Shown: positions 18,742-27,488 of the stretch, one piece after another
Layout: every line of letters begins with the position of its first letter
Position numbering within the stretch: position 1 is the stretch's first letter
Source of the DNA: an uncultured Chloroflexota bacterium
GTDB taxonomy: Bacteria > Chloroflexota > Dehalococcoidia > Lucifugimonadales > CAJXCD01
Length of the DNA stretch: 64,000 nt
Assembly (NCBI GenBank): GCA_913051545.1
Contig: CAJXCD010000004.1
Location: forward strand, 88,153 to 152,152
Reading direction: 5' to 3'
Position numbers and translations under genes: made by a program
The notes under the pieces: model-generated
The model's database searches: none
The model's input: only the letters and a program-made list of their open reading frames with translations
What the model was told of the DNA's origin: nothing

Positions 18742-19938
18742 CTAAATTGAACGAGAAAGTGTAACCACACATTCAACGTGATAAGTTTGTGGAAACATGT
18801 CTACTGGATCTACAAAATCTATTGAGAAACCTCCTCCAATAAGAATATCCAAATCTCTTGCAAGTGTACTGGGATCACAAGACACATAGACTACTTTCGC
18901 AGCTTTACATTTAACTAGAGACAATAAAACCTTCTCATGGCACCCAGCTCTCGGAGGATCCAAGATAACGATATTTGGTGCGTAGTCAATTTCCTCAAGC
19001 AAAATCTCCGTTTTACCTTGGATAATTTCAATGTTTTCTATATCAGACATGTTAAACTTTGCGTCTTCAATAGCAGATGGTGACTCTTCGATAGACACAA
19101 CTTTTTCTACGTATTTTGCAAATAAAATTGAGAATGTTCCTACTCCAGCAAAAGCATCTATCAATATTTCATCGCCTTTGAATTCTATGCGACTTAAGAT
19201 TACTTCTGCTAATCGCTCAGCTTGAACTGTATTTACCTGGAAAAAAGAGGGCGATCCAACGCGAAAAATATTACCCAAAAGATTCTCACGGTAATGTGTC
19301 TGTCCTGATTGAATAGTTTCATTCCCAATGGACGGCTGTACTAAGGAATCCCCTGTGTTAATCCCATACCTAACTGATATTTGACTTGTATCCGGCTTAA
19401 TATCTTGTAATTTTGACAGAGCTTGGTTTATCCAAGGAGTCATTAGCATACAGTTCCTAACTGGTATAAATCTCCTAGTGAGCCTATTCACGTATCCAAC
19501 CTGTCCATTTCGACGCACAGTAAATCTAGCATGGTTTCTATATTCAAATTGGTGTAAAGCAGGTAATACCTCAGAAATTTTGACAGAAGCTAAGCTATCA
19601 AATCCATTAAACTCCTTGGTTATAGACTCCTTCTTTAATTGAAGCTGATACTCATATTCAATATGCTGCCACTGACACCCCGTACATTCACCAAAATAAG
19701 TGCATGGAGCCTGAACTCTATGCTTAGAAGGAATCATTACTTCTGAAACGATAGCCGATACAAATCTTTGCCGACGTCTACGATACCTAAAGATCCTAGC
19801 TATAACTTTTTCTCCTGGAATCCCTCCAAAACAATTGATAAAACTACCTTCGAATTCAGCAATCGTGTCACCTAAACTCCCTATATCTTGCAGATATAGA
19901 AGAGCATACTCATCTGAGATCTTTCGGTGTTCGTTCAT
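18742..19938 (-). CDS. 23S rRNA (uracil-C5)-methyltransferase, RlmD/RumA family
   Basis: Fe-S Cys cluster CTYFGECTGCQWQH, SAM-binding DAFAGVGTFS, catalytic YVSCDPSTLARD. Confidence 0.85.
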   Translation of the reverse strand: MNEHRKISDEYALLYLQDIGSLGDTIAEFEGSFINCFGGIPGEKVIARIFRYRRRRQRFVSAIVSEVMIPSKHRVQAPCTYFGECTGCQWQHIEYEYQLQLKKESITKEFNGFDSLASVKISEVLPALHQFEYRNHARFTVRRNGQVGYVNRLTRRFIPVRNCMLMTPWINQALSKLQDIKPDTSQISVRYGINTGDSLVQPSIGNETIQSGQTHYRENLLGNIFRVGSPSFFQVNTVQAERLAEVILSRIEFKGDEILIDAFAGVGTFSILFAKYVEKVVSIEESPSAIEDAKFNMSDIENIEIIQGKTEILLEEIDYAPNIVILDPPRAGCHEKVLLSLVKCKAAKVVYVSCDPSTLARDLDILIGGGFSIDFVDPVDMFPQTYHVECVVTLSRSI

Positions 19939-20066
19939 ATCACAAAAATTAGTGTTACCTTGGGATGATAGTATAGTATAGTCGTAATGAAGATGAATTA
20001 CTTAGACGCTTTCCTAAAATACACATCTTAATATCATTACCATATCCTAATGTCTGTGGAGTCTGA

Positions 20067-20948
20067 ATGACTACCAAAAATCGTCTTCCGCAATGGCTAA
20101 AGGTGAGAATGCCTGGGGGACCAAATTACCTAGAACTCAAAAATCTCCTTAAAGACAACAAACTTCATACGGTTTGTGAAGAAGCACACTGCCCAAATAT
20201 AGGAAGTTGCTGGGAGCGACGTACAGCAACTTTTATGATCCTTGGCGATATATGCACTAGAGCATGTGCCTATTGCGCAGTCACATCAGGCAAACCTGGC
20301 ATACTGGATCTAGAAGAGCCTGTTCGATTAGCTGAAACTGCACAGCTTATGGGACTAAAATATGCAGTCATTACATCTGTGAATCGTGATGACCTACCGG
20401 ATGGAGGGGCATATATGTTTGCCCAGTGTATTTTTCAGGTACGAAAACGGCTACCTAGCTGCAAAGTTGAAGTGTTGATTCCTGATTTTCAGGGTAACTG
20501 GGAAGCGCTAGATACAATTATACAAGCTGCTCCAGACACTCTTAACCATAATATAGAAACCGTAAATCGAATTTTTCGGCGCGTGAGACCAAAAGGCAAA
20601 TATGAACAATCCCTACTCCTTTTAGAAAAAGCCAAAGAATTAGATGCCAACGTTGTAACTAAATCAGGCATAATGGTAGGACTTGGAGAGTCTTGGGATG
20701 AGCTGCTCGCTACAATGAGAGACCTACGATCAGTGGACTGTGACCTCCTAACTATTGGTCAATACCTCAGGCCATCTGACAAGCATATCGTTCTGGATAG
20801 ATGGTATACCCCAAAAGAATTTGACCAGTTAAGTAAAGAAGCATATAAACTTGGGTTTAAACATGTGGCTTCTGGGCCTCTCGTTAGAAGTTCTTACCAC
20901 GCAGACGAACAACATGCGGCAGCCATTAATATTAATACTAAAAACTGA
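20067..20948 (+). CDS. lipA: Lipoyl synthase
   Basis: CEEAHCPNIGSCW auxiliary-cluster motif and radical-SAM CTRACAYC. Confidence 0.97.
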   Translation: MTTKNRLPQWLKVRMPGGPNYLELKNLLKDNKLHTVCEEAHCPNIGSCWERRTATFMILGDICTRACAYCAVTSGKPGILDLEEPVRLAETAQLMGLKYAVITSVNRDDLPDGGAYMFAQCIFQVRKRLPSCKVEVLIPDFQGNWEALDTIIQAAPDTLNHNIETVNRIFRRVRPKGKYEQSLLLLEKAKELDANVVTKSGIMVGLGESWDELLATMRDLRSVDCDLLTIGQYLRPSDKHIVLDRWYTPKEFDQLSKEAYKLGFKHVASGPLVRSSYHADEQHAAAININTKN

Positions 20949-20968
20949 ACTACTTGAATTTCACATAA

Positions 20969-21781
20969 TTAACGGAATTTATCTATTACACGCTGTGCCA
21001 ATTTGTAGTCGCGTTTCCCACCATCAGTAATCGATGGCAAGAGAAAGATTGATCTTTGGCCACTTTCAATAAATTTCTGAATGGTTTCCATCGCTAAATC
21101 TTCCCCAGTTCTGCCTTTATATAAATCATCTTTCACCCAGTCAGGAACGTTTCCGAATGAAATACTGTCCTTTACCATAACTTGCACACCGCAAAAAACT
21201 AGTGTGTTTAATGGTTCACCAAATTTGCAATGATAATGTTCTAGGAAATCAGTTAAATGCTCCGGTTCAAATAGGGACTGCAGAATGAAAAAATCAGCAC
21301 CTTGCTGAACTTTTTTTCGAGTAAGAAACATTTCACCTTCAATATCACGAGCCAAATCTATAGTAGCTCCTACACAAAATTTTGTTGGAGAAAGTAAATT
21401 TTTTCCTCTAAAATCTAGCCCCGTATTCATAGCTTTAATTGAACTAATTAATTCAGTAGGTTTGAAGTCATTTACAGAATTTATGTTATATAATTCCGAA
21501 TCTTTAAAGGGATCTCCGTTTACTACCACCACGTTATTAAGCCCAAGTAGATCTGCACCCAACAACAAACTCTGAATAGCGAGTTTATTCATATCCCGCG
21601 TTGCAATGGTGAAAATTACATCTGAGCCAATTTTTTCTTTAATCCAATATGCTGATAGTACAGAATTAACCCTAACCGATTTACCTGGGTTATAAGATAC
21701 TGACACAAAATCAACGTCTAGGCATCTACTAGATTCAAAAAGTCCGAGTGATGAACCCATTGGAGGTGAAAAGTCACACAT
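20969..21781 (-). CDS. Methylenetetrahydrofolate reductase-like (MetF family) protein
   Basis: TIATRD, VVVNGDPF and ADFFILQSLFEP resemble MTHFR motifs. I place the start at ATG 21781 (MCDFSPP), because the ORF-track N-terminus (to 21832) is encoded by a GC-rich hairpin. Confidence 0.55.
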   Translation of the reverse strand: MCDFSPPMGSSLGLFESSRCLDVDFVSVSYNPGKSVRVNSVLSAYWIKEKIGSDVIFTIATRDMNKLAIQSLLLGADLLGLNNVVVVNGDPFKDSELYNINSVNDFKPTELISSIKAMNTGLDFRGKNLLSPTKFCVGATIDLARDIEGEMFLTRKKVQQGADFFILQSLFEPEHLTDFLEHYHCKFGEPLNTLVFCGVQVMVKDSISFGNVPDWVKDDLYKGRTGEDLAMETIQKFIESGQRSIFLLPSITDGGKRDYKLAQRVIDKFR

Positions 21782-21783
21782 AA

Positions 21784-21820
21784 ATAGAACGGCGCGCTCG
21801 TCCCGAGCGCGCCGTTCTAT
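21784..21820 (-). terminator. Perfect 17-bp GC-rich stem-loop, probable terminator/attenuator between the zinc-ribbon gene and the metF-like gene
   Basis: ATAGAACGGCGCGCTCG-TCC-CGAGCGCGCCGTTCTAT. On the minus strand it is followed by TTTATGTG, containing the proposed metF-like ATG. It lies 40 nt after the stop at 21860. Confidence 0.5.
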
Positions 21821-21859
21821 TACTGTTAGCATAATGTATCAACTAATATATCGGAAACG

Positions 21860-22369
21860 TCACTTCCACCGCAACATACCATTCTTAGCCGGAATTAGCG
21901 AGACCCTATGCCCAGCAGAACATTTGTAACGTTGCTCCCGAACATCTGGTCTTTTACCTGACAGAGAAGATTGATCCATCCCTTTATCACAAAACGGGCA
22001 CCTTACAGCGTACGCTACCCTGTTACGTATTCGTATCACGCGTACATGAGCCAAGGTCTCGTCAAATGCTGGAGAATCCCCAGAATATCTAACAACGAAA
22101 CGGGTGGCTGTACTTACTATACTCTTTTCTGAATCTGGTTTTGGAGTCGGATTATAGCTATAATCTGCATAACCACAATTCAGACACTGAGGTTCATCAT
22201 ACCCCATAAGCATTCTCGAACTGCATCTTACGCAATTTTTTAGTCCACCATTTGACCGTCTTTCTTGCTGGTCATCTCTTGATATCCCAGATTGTGCGAC
22301 ATATGCTGGACGCTCCGCACTTACTTCAGAAACTACATCTATTTCCTGTCTAACAGGTGCTATAACCAT
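21860..22369 (-). CDS. Hypothetical double zinc-ribbon protein
   Basis: CVRCSSRMLMGYDEPQCLNCGY and CPFCDKG..(19)..CSAGH Cys motifs. Best start is ATG 22369 (MVIAP) after GGGGGG; the ORF-track start is 22408. Confidence 0.5.
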   Translation of the reverse strand: MVIAPVRQEIDVVSEVSAERPAYVAQSGISRDDQQERRSNGGLKNCVRCSSRMLMGYDEPQCLNCGYADYSYNPTPKPDSEKSIVSTATRFVVRYSGDSPAFDETLAHVRVIRIRNRVAYAVRCPFCDKGMDQSSLSGKRPDVREQRYKCSAGHRVSLIPAKNGMLRWK

Positions 22370-22500
22370 TACATTCCCCCCAAATTCAAATACATACTTA
22401 CATTTCACCAGCTGAGCCTAATGTGATTGACTCTCCACCCATGGATGCATGTTCGAATAAGTGCATCACATTTACAATCCCAAACTCAGCGATCAGGGAT

Positions 22501-22519
22501 ACTGACACGTCGTGTCAGT
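22501..22519. repeat. Perfect 9-bp palindrome ACTGACACG-T-CGTGTCAGT upstream of the zinc-ribbon gene
   Basis: Read directly from the sequence. It lies about 130 nt upstream of ATG 22369. As RNA it would form a 7-bp stem with a 5-nt loop. Confidence 0.5.
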
Positions 22520-22726
22520 AGATACTAAAAACCCGTGCAAGCAACCCCAAAGCGCGGTCATTATTTTATACTTATATAAAAAAAGTCAAGTACTTATAAT
22601 ATCAATTATCTCTAAATTCACACTTTAACTAGCAAATTATGCCCACAATACCTATATTTTCATAAATATACATTAATTAAATATTAAATTAATATAAAAT
22701 TAGCACACTTATACGAAGTGGTTTGA

Positions 22727-22755
22727 TTGACTGGATTTTATTGTCCTGATATATT
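22727..22755 (+). promoter_or_regulatory. Putative etfBA promoter (TTGACT-17-TATATT)
   Basis: TTGACT 22727-22732, 17-nt spacer, TATATT 22750-22755, about 70 nt upstream of the etfB start. Confidence 0.4.
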
Positions 22756-22828
22756 GCCAACGTTAATTACTTGGTGAAAAACATCTAAGAATTCGATCCG
22801 TATTTCATAACAATCACAATTTGGAGAA

Positions 22829-23626
22829 TTGAAGATCGACATAACCGTCTTCGTAAAACAGGTTGTTGACCCTGATGCACCCATATCATCATTTCACATC
22901 GATCCAACCTCAAAGCAGCTATCTATAAAGCCGGATACTCCGTTTATAATCAATGGTTTTGATGAAACAGCAGTCGAAGCTGCCCTGAGATTGAAAGATT
23001 CTGTCGGTGCAAACATAACTGTAGTTTCCCTAGGATACAACTTTGTTATGGATGTAATAAAAAAGCCTCTCTCTATGGGAGCCGATAACCTGATACTACT
23101 GCAGGATGCAGCTTTCCAAAACCTTGATTCATTCACAACTGCGAAGATACTCTCTAAAGCCGTTAGCACAATAGGAAATACTGATTTATTCATATGTGGA
23201 AGACAGGCTTCTGACTGGGATAACGCACAGGTGCCTCTTGTCCTGTCAGAATTATTAGGTCTTCCTTGCTTAACAATAGCCAAAAACATACGGATAGACA
23301 ATAACACCGTGGAAATTGAAAAAGTTTTGCCAGAGGGACATGAAGTAATTCAAGCAAAACTGCCAGCAATTGTTACAGTTAGCAATGAACTCGGAGAGCC
23401 TAGATATGCTACCTTGCGAGGAATAATGTCAGCCGGAAGAAAAACCCCATCAATCTATACAGCCAAAGATCTAAATATTGATACCGCCGACCTCTCACCA
23501 AAACTAATTATCGAAGAAATTTCAGTTCCGAATTCTGACAAGAAATGCGAAATGCTTTCTGGAGATAATAGTATCGAAATAGGCCGTAAATTGGCCTTGA
23601 AATTACGTGAAAGTCGTATATTTTAA
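22829..23626 (+). CDS. etfB: Electron transfer flavoprotein beta subunit
   Basis: MKIDITVFVKQVVDPD N-terminus typical of EtfB. TTG start after GGAGA. Followed by etfA. Confidence 0.85.
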   Translation: MKIDITVFVKQVVDPDAPISSFHIDPTSKQLSIKPDTPFIINGFDETAVEAALRLKDSVGANITVVSLGYNFVMDVIKKPLSMGADNLILLQDAAFQNLDSFTTAKILSKAVSTIGNTDLFICGRQASDWDNAQVPLVLSELLGLPCLTIAKNIRIDNNTVEIEKVLPEGHEVIQAKLPAIVTVSNELGEPRYATLRGIMSAGRKTPSIYTAKDLNIDTADLSPKLIIEEISVPNSDKKCEMLSGDNSIEIGRKLALKLRESRIF

Positions 23627-23685
23627 TACTACAACGATATCCAAATAAATTATTCCTAAAAATATAACCCCTCGCTGAATAATAC

Positions 23686-24666
23686 ATGACAGAAATATTA
23701 ATACTGGGTGAACAAGCTAACGGAGATTTAAACAGCCTCAGCAAGGAATTATTAGCTGCTGCTGACAGTATAAGTGACAACATTTCAATTGCATTCTTGG
23801 GAAATGATAATCGATCTGTCGCTGAAGATGCTATCAGGTACGGTGCTTCAAAAGTCTATCTCTTACAAAGCAAATTACTAAATGATTGGTCAGTGGATAC
23901 CAGAGTCGCTGCATATGAGCATCTTTTAGGCAAAATATCCCCTTCCGTTATACTGCTTGGCAAAACTCAGATCGGGCAGGATATAGGACCACGTCTAGCA
24001 TGCAGATTAGGAGTAGGATTATCTCAAGACAGCATTTCAATCGCACTGGACCCTAAGACCATGCGTCCAGTAGCAACGCGTCCTGTGCTTGGGGGTAGAA
24101 TGATCGCAAAAGTCAGTTTTGCGGAAGATGGGCCTAATATAATTGTGATCCGAAAAGGATCTTACGATATAAATAAACCTAATGATAATAACGAGGGGGA
24201 CATTCAAGAAATTACTTTTCATGTGGAGCAATCAGATAAAAACATTCATCATATACAAACTATTTTAAGTGATCCAGGTGGAGTTAAACTTGAAAATGCA
24301 CCTGTAATAGTTGCCGGAGGTAGAGGATTAGGTGGACCTGAGCCATTTGAAATGTTATCTGACCTTGCAAAACTACTTGGAGGCAGCGTTGGAGCTTCAA
24401 GAGCAGCTTGCGACGCTGGCTGGATAGATCACAACTACCAAATAGGCCTAACTGGGAAAAATGTGTCTCCAGCTTTATATATTACCGTTGGCATATCAGG
24501 TGCAAGTCAGCATATGGCTGGATGTTCCGGTGCCAAATTCATTGTGGCTATCAACAAAGATCCTGATGCAAATATATTTAAAGAGGCTTCCTTAGGAGCT
24601 GTAGGGGACTGGGAAAAAATATTGCCATCTTTTATAAGCACCGTGAAAGATTTACTAGAAACCTAA
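23686..24666 (+). CDS. etfA: Electron transfer flavoprotein alpha subunit
   Basis: C-terminal FAD-binding PALYITVGISGASQHMAG motif; 326 aa. Confidence 0.9.
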   Translation: MTEILILGEQANGDLNSLSKELLAAADSISDNISIAFLGNDNRSVAEDAIRYGASKVYLLQSKLLNDWSVDTRVAAYEHLLGKISPSVILLGKTQIGQDIGPRLACRLGVGLSQDSISIALDPKTMRPVATRPVLGGRMIAKVSFAEDGPNIIVIRKGSYDINKPNDNNEGDIQEITFHVEQSDKNIHHIQTILSDPGGVKLENAPVIVAGGRGLGGPEPFEMLSDLAKLLGGSVGASRAACDAGWIDHNYQIGLTGKNVSPALYITVGISGASQHMAGCSGAKFIVAINKDPDANIFKEASLGAVGDWEKILPSFISTVKDLLET

Positions 24667-24693
24667 ATTCCAAAATGCATACCTAGAACGTTT

Positions 24694-26739
24694 CTATTCC
24701 TCTTCAGGTTCACTGTGCTCATCTATAATCTTCTGCGATAAATGTCCAGGCACTACTTCATAATGATCAAAATCCATAGTGAAAGACCCTCTACCTTGGG
24801 TCTGTGACCGAAGCACTATTGCATAACTAAGCATTTCAACTTGAGGAACCTCGACTTCAATTAGAGTCGTCCCGTCATTACCAGGAGACATCCCCAATAT
24901 ACGACCTCGCTTACTATTCATATCTCCCATAATTTCCCCTGTGTCTCCATCAGGAACGGTTATACCAACCTTGAATATAGGCTCCAACAACACCGGACTA
25001 GCCTCTTTTATCCCCTTATCAAAAGCTCGAGCACCAGCAATTTCAAAAGCGATTCCTGAAGAGTCAACAGAATGGAAACTGCCGTCTACAAGAGTAGCCC
25101 TTACGTCCACCACAGGATATCCGGCTAACACTCCATCACTAATTGATTTCAAACAACCTTTTTCGACTGCCGGTATATATTCCCTAGGCACAGCACCTCC
25201 TACAATCTTGTTTTCAAATTCAAACCCTGACCCTCTGGCAAGTGGTTCCATTTCAAGCCACACATGACCAAATTGACCGCTTCCACCCGATTGTTTTTTA
25301 TGCCTGTATTCAACTCTTGATTTGGACGATATAGTTTCTTTATAAGCAACTTTAGGTTGTTTAAGTTCAATTTCTACTCCAAATTTACGCTTCATTTTCT
25401 CAACTGCCACACCTACATGGGTATCACCTAACCCACCTAATAGTATTTCAAGTGTATCTGGATCTCTGATAACACTAAGACTCGGATCTTCTTCCTCAAT
25501 CCGAGCTAAAGCTAAAGTAAGTTTATCTACATCTGTCTTAGATGTGGGGTAAACAGCCATTTGGTATACATGATTTGGGAATTCTATTCCTCCCAAGACA
25601 TGCGGCTTATCCTTTAAGGCCAACGTATCTCCTGTCACTACCGAATTCATCTTTGCAACAGCACCTATATCACCAGCCACTAACCCATCAACTGGCTCTT
25701 GTGTTTTTCCTTTTATAACGAAAACTTGCCCTATCCTCTCAGATTCCTCTTTGTTGGAATCCCACGCAACTGTGTCACCGCTGAAAGTGCCACTGTACAC
25801 GCGTAAATAAGACAATTTTCCAACAAATGGATCAGCAGATGTCTTGAAAACTAAAGCCGCTAGAGGACCATCGGCAGAGCACGGTAAGAGGACAGGCTCT
25901 CCGGAAGATTCTAATTTTGACTGTGAAGATTTCACATCAAGGGGAGATGGCATGAATTCTATAATCGTATCCAATAAACTGGTTGTACCTATCCCAGAAA
26001 TAGCCGAACCAAACATCACTGGCACTATCATTCCTGACGATATACCTTGTTTTAGAGCAGAAGCTATTTCTTGATCAGATATATCTTCCCCTTCAAGATA
26101 CTTAGTAGCTAAATCATCATCTGACTCTGCTACCGCCTCCGTTAATCTATCGCGGCCTGCTATTAAGCGTCCTTGTATATCTTCGTTATCGTCATTTGAT
26201 CCAACTAACAAATCTTTGACGGCGGAAAAGGTGGATTCAGATCCTATAGGTATTTGTACGGGAACACACTGCCTACCCAGTTGTTGGCTAATTGAATCAA
26301 TAACTCTTTCTTCATTAGAATTTTCACGATCCATTTTATTAACGAATACAATTTTCGGAATATCTATTTCTTCAACAAGTTTCCAGAATTGCCGTGTCCC
26401 TACTTCTACACCTGAAGGGGCAGAGATCACTATTACAGCGGCGTCAGCAACCCTTACACCAGACAGCGTTTCTCCTCTAAAATCAGCATATCCAGGAGTA
26501 TCAATTACGTTTATTTTATGACCATTCCAAGCACATGGAAGAATAGCAGTTTGGATACTTACCTGACGCTTGATTTCTTCATCTTCATAATCTGATGTTG
26601 ACGTACCGTCATCAATGGAACCAAGCCTAGTCACACCGCCTGACTCAAACAACATAGATTCAGCCAGTGATGATTTACCAGCACCTCCATGTGAAAGTAA
26701 AACTATATTTCGGATCTTATCTGAAGTAACTTTCTGCAT
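24694..26739 (-). CDS. Elongation factor G paralog (EF-G-like translational GTPase, non-canonical G motifs)
   Basis: 681 aa with a five-domain EF-G layout. G1 SHGGAGKSS, G3 DTPGYADF (Tyr where canonical EF-G has His), G4 NKMD. Not in an rpsL-rpsG-fusA-tuf context. Confidence 0.85.
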   Translation of the reverse strand: MQKVTSDKIRNIVLLSHGGAGKSSLAESMLFESGGVTRLGSIDDGTSTSDYEDEEIKRQVSIQTAILPCAWNGHKINVIDTPGYADFRGETLSGVRVADAAVIVISAPSGVEVGTRQFWKLVEEIDIPKIVFVNKMDRENSNEERVIDSISQQLGRQCVPVQIPIGSESTFSAVKDLLVGSNDDNEDIQGRLIAGRDRLTEAVAESDDDLATKYLEGEDISDQEIASALKQGISSGMIVPVMFGSAISGIGTTSLLDTIIEFMPSPLDVKSSQSKLESSGEPVLLPCSADGPLAALVFKTSADPFVGKLSYLRVYSGTFSGDTVAWDSNKEESERIGQVFVIKGKTQEPVDGLVAGDIGAVAKMNSVVTGDTLALKDKPHVLGGIEFPNHVYQMAVYPTSKTDVDKLTLALARIEEEDPSLSVIRDPDTLEILLGGLGDTHVGVAVEKMKRKFGVEIELKQPKVAYKETISSKSRVEYRHKKQSGGSGQFGHVWLEMEPLARGSGFEFENKIVGGAVPREYIPAVEKGCLKSISDGVLAGYPVVDVRATLVDGSFHSVDSSGIAFEIAGARAFDKGIKEASPVLLEPIFKVGITVPDGDTGEIMGDMNSKRGRILGMSPGNDGTTLIEVEVPQVEMLSYAIVLRSQTQGRGSFTMDFDHYEVVPGHLSQKIIDEHSEPEEE

Positions 26740-27012
26740 CTAAACAGCACCCCCCAATGCATTTATAACTGAATTGTATGCAAACTTAGACACTACTGCA
26801 ATTCCCATATAGAAATCATAATCGGGAACTAAAGAAAGTTTATCGTATAAACTGAAAAATCATTTCAGCTAGATACGAATCTAATCCGCATTGCCAAATG
26901 AAATAATTGTGTCCATAATGACACTCCAAAAACACATCAAGCCAATACAATCTTCAAAAACACGACGCGATTTATCGGCAGTCCTTACTCAAAATACGAT
27001 GTGGCTGCAGTA

Positions 27013-27273
27013 TCAGGAACGATCCTCTAAACTATTCATCAATTTCGACAACCGTGACTTCCTACGGGAAGCATTACGTTTATGAATCACGCCTTTCTGC
27101 GCAGCCTTGTCAAGAGCTACTGAAGCAGATATCAAAGACTTCCCTGCTTCATGAGTATCACCAGCCTCGATAAGTTTACGAGTTTGAGACACAAGTGTCT
27201 TTGCTTTTGTTCGAAGCGGGGCATTACGAACACGCTTTCGCTCTGATACGCGATTTGACTTCTCACTAGGCAA
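27013..27273 (-). CDS. rpsT: 30S ribosomal protein S20
   Basis: PSEKSNRVSERKRVRNAPLRTKAKT..AQKGVIHKRNASRRKSRL. Likely TTG start at 27273, 9 nt after GGAGG; the ORF-track start 27297 looks like an extension. Confidence 0.85.
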   Translation of the reverse strand: MPSEKSNRVSERKRVRNAPLRTKAKTLVSQTRKLIEAGDTHEAGKSLISASVALDKAAQKGVIHKRNASRRKSRLSKLMNSLEDRS

Positions 27274-27488
27274 TTTATGGAACCTCCATCTACACAATAA
27301 AGAGAATTTTAAACATATGACGATCTCTATCTTACCTACATCGTAACACTAATTGTAACTCACCTAAAAATATTGCTCAATCAAAGATACTAAATTTTGG
27401 ATTAAACATGCTGAATAGAATTAACGTTAATCTTGAATCTGTACGAGAGATATTTATTGGTACCCACCGAAACCAAATTTGCTCAAAA

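Noticed and set aside
21784-21820. The GC-rich perfect hairpin, considered as a REP/MITE-like mobile repeat.
   Set aside because: There is only one copy in 64 kb, with no flanking direct repeats or terminal inverted repeats beyond the stem. Its position between two co-oriented genes fits a terminator/attenuator.
22560-22700. An extremely AT-rich block with repeated ACTTATA heptamers, considered as a replication origin or DNA-unwinding element.
   Set aside because: No DnaA-box (TTATCCACA-like) clusters and no dnaA/dnaN/gyrB are nearby. A divergent promoter region (etfBA promoter mapped at 22727-22755) explains the AT-richness.
22424-22732. The 9-mer TGATTGACT occurs twice (22424-22432 and 22724-22732) in the same intergenic region.
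   Set aside because: The second copy is simply the -35 (TTGACT) of the predicted etfBA promoter. By rough reasoning, a single 9-mer recurrence within ~400 bp of AT-rich DNA is not clearly beyond chance.
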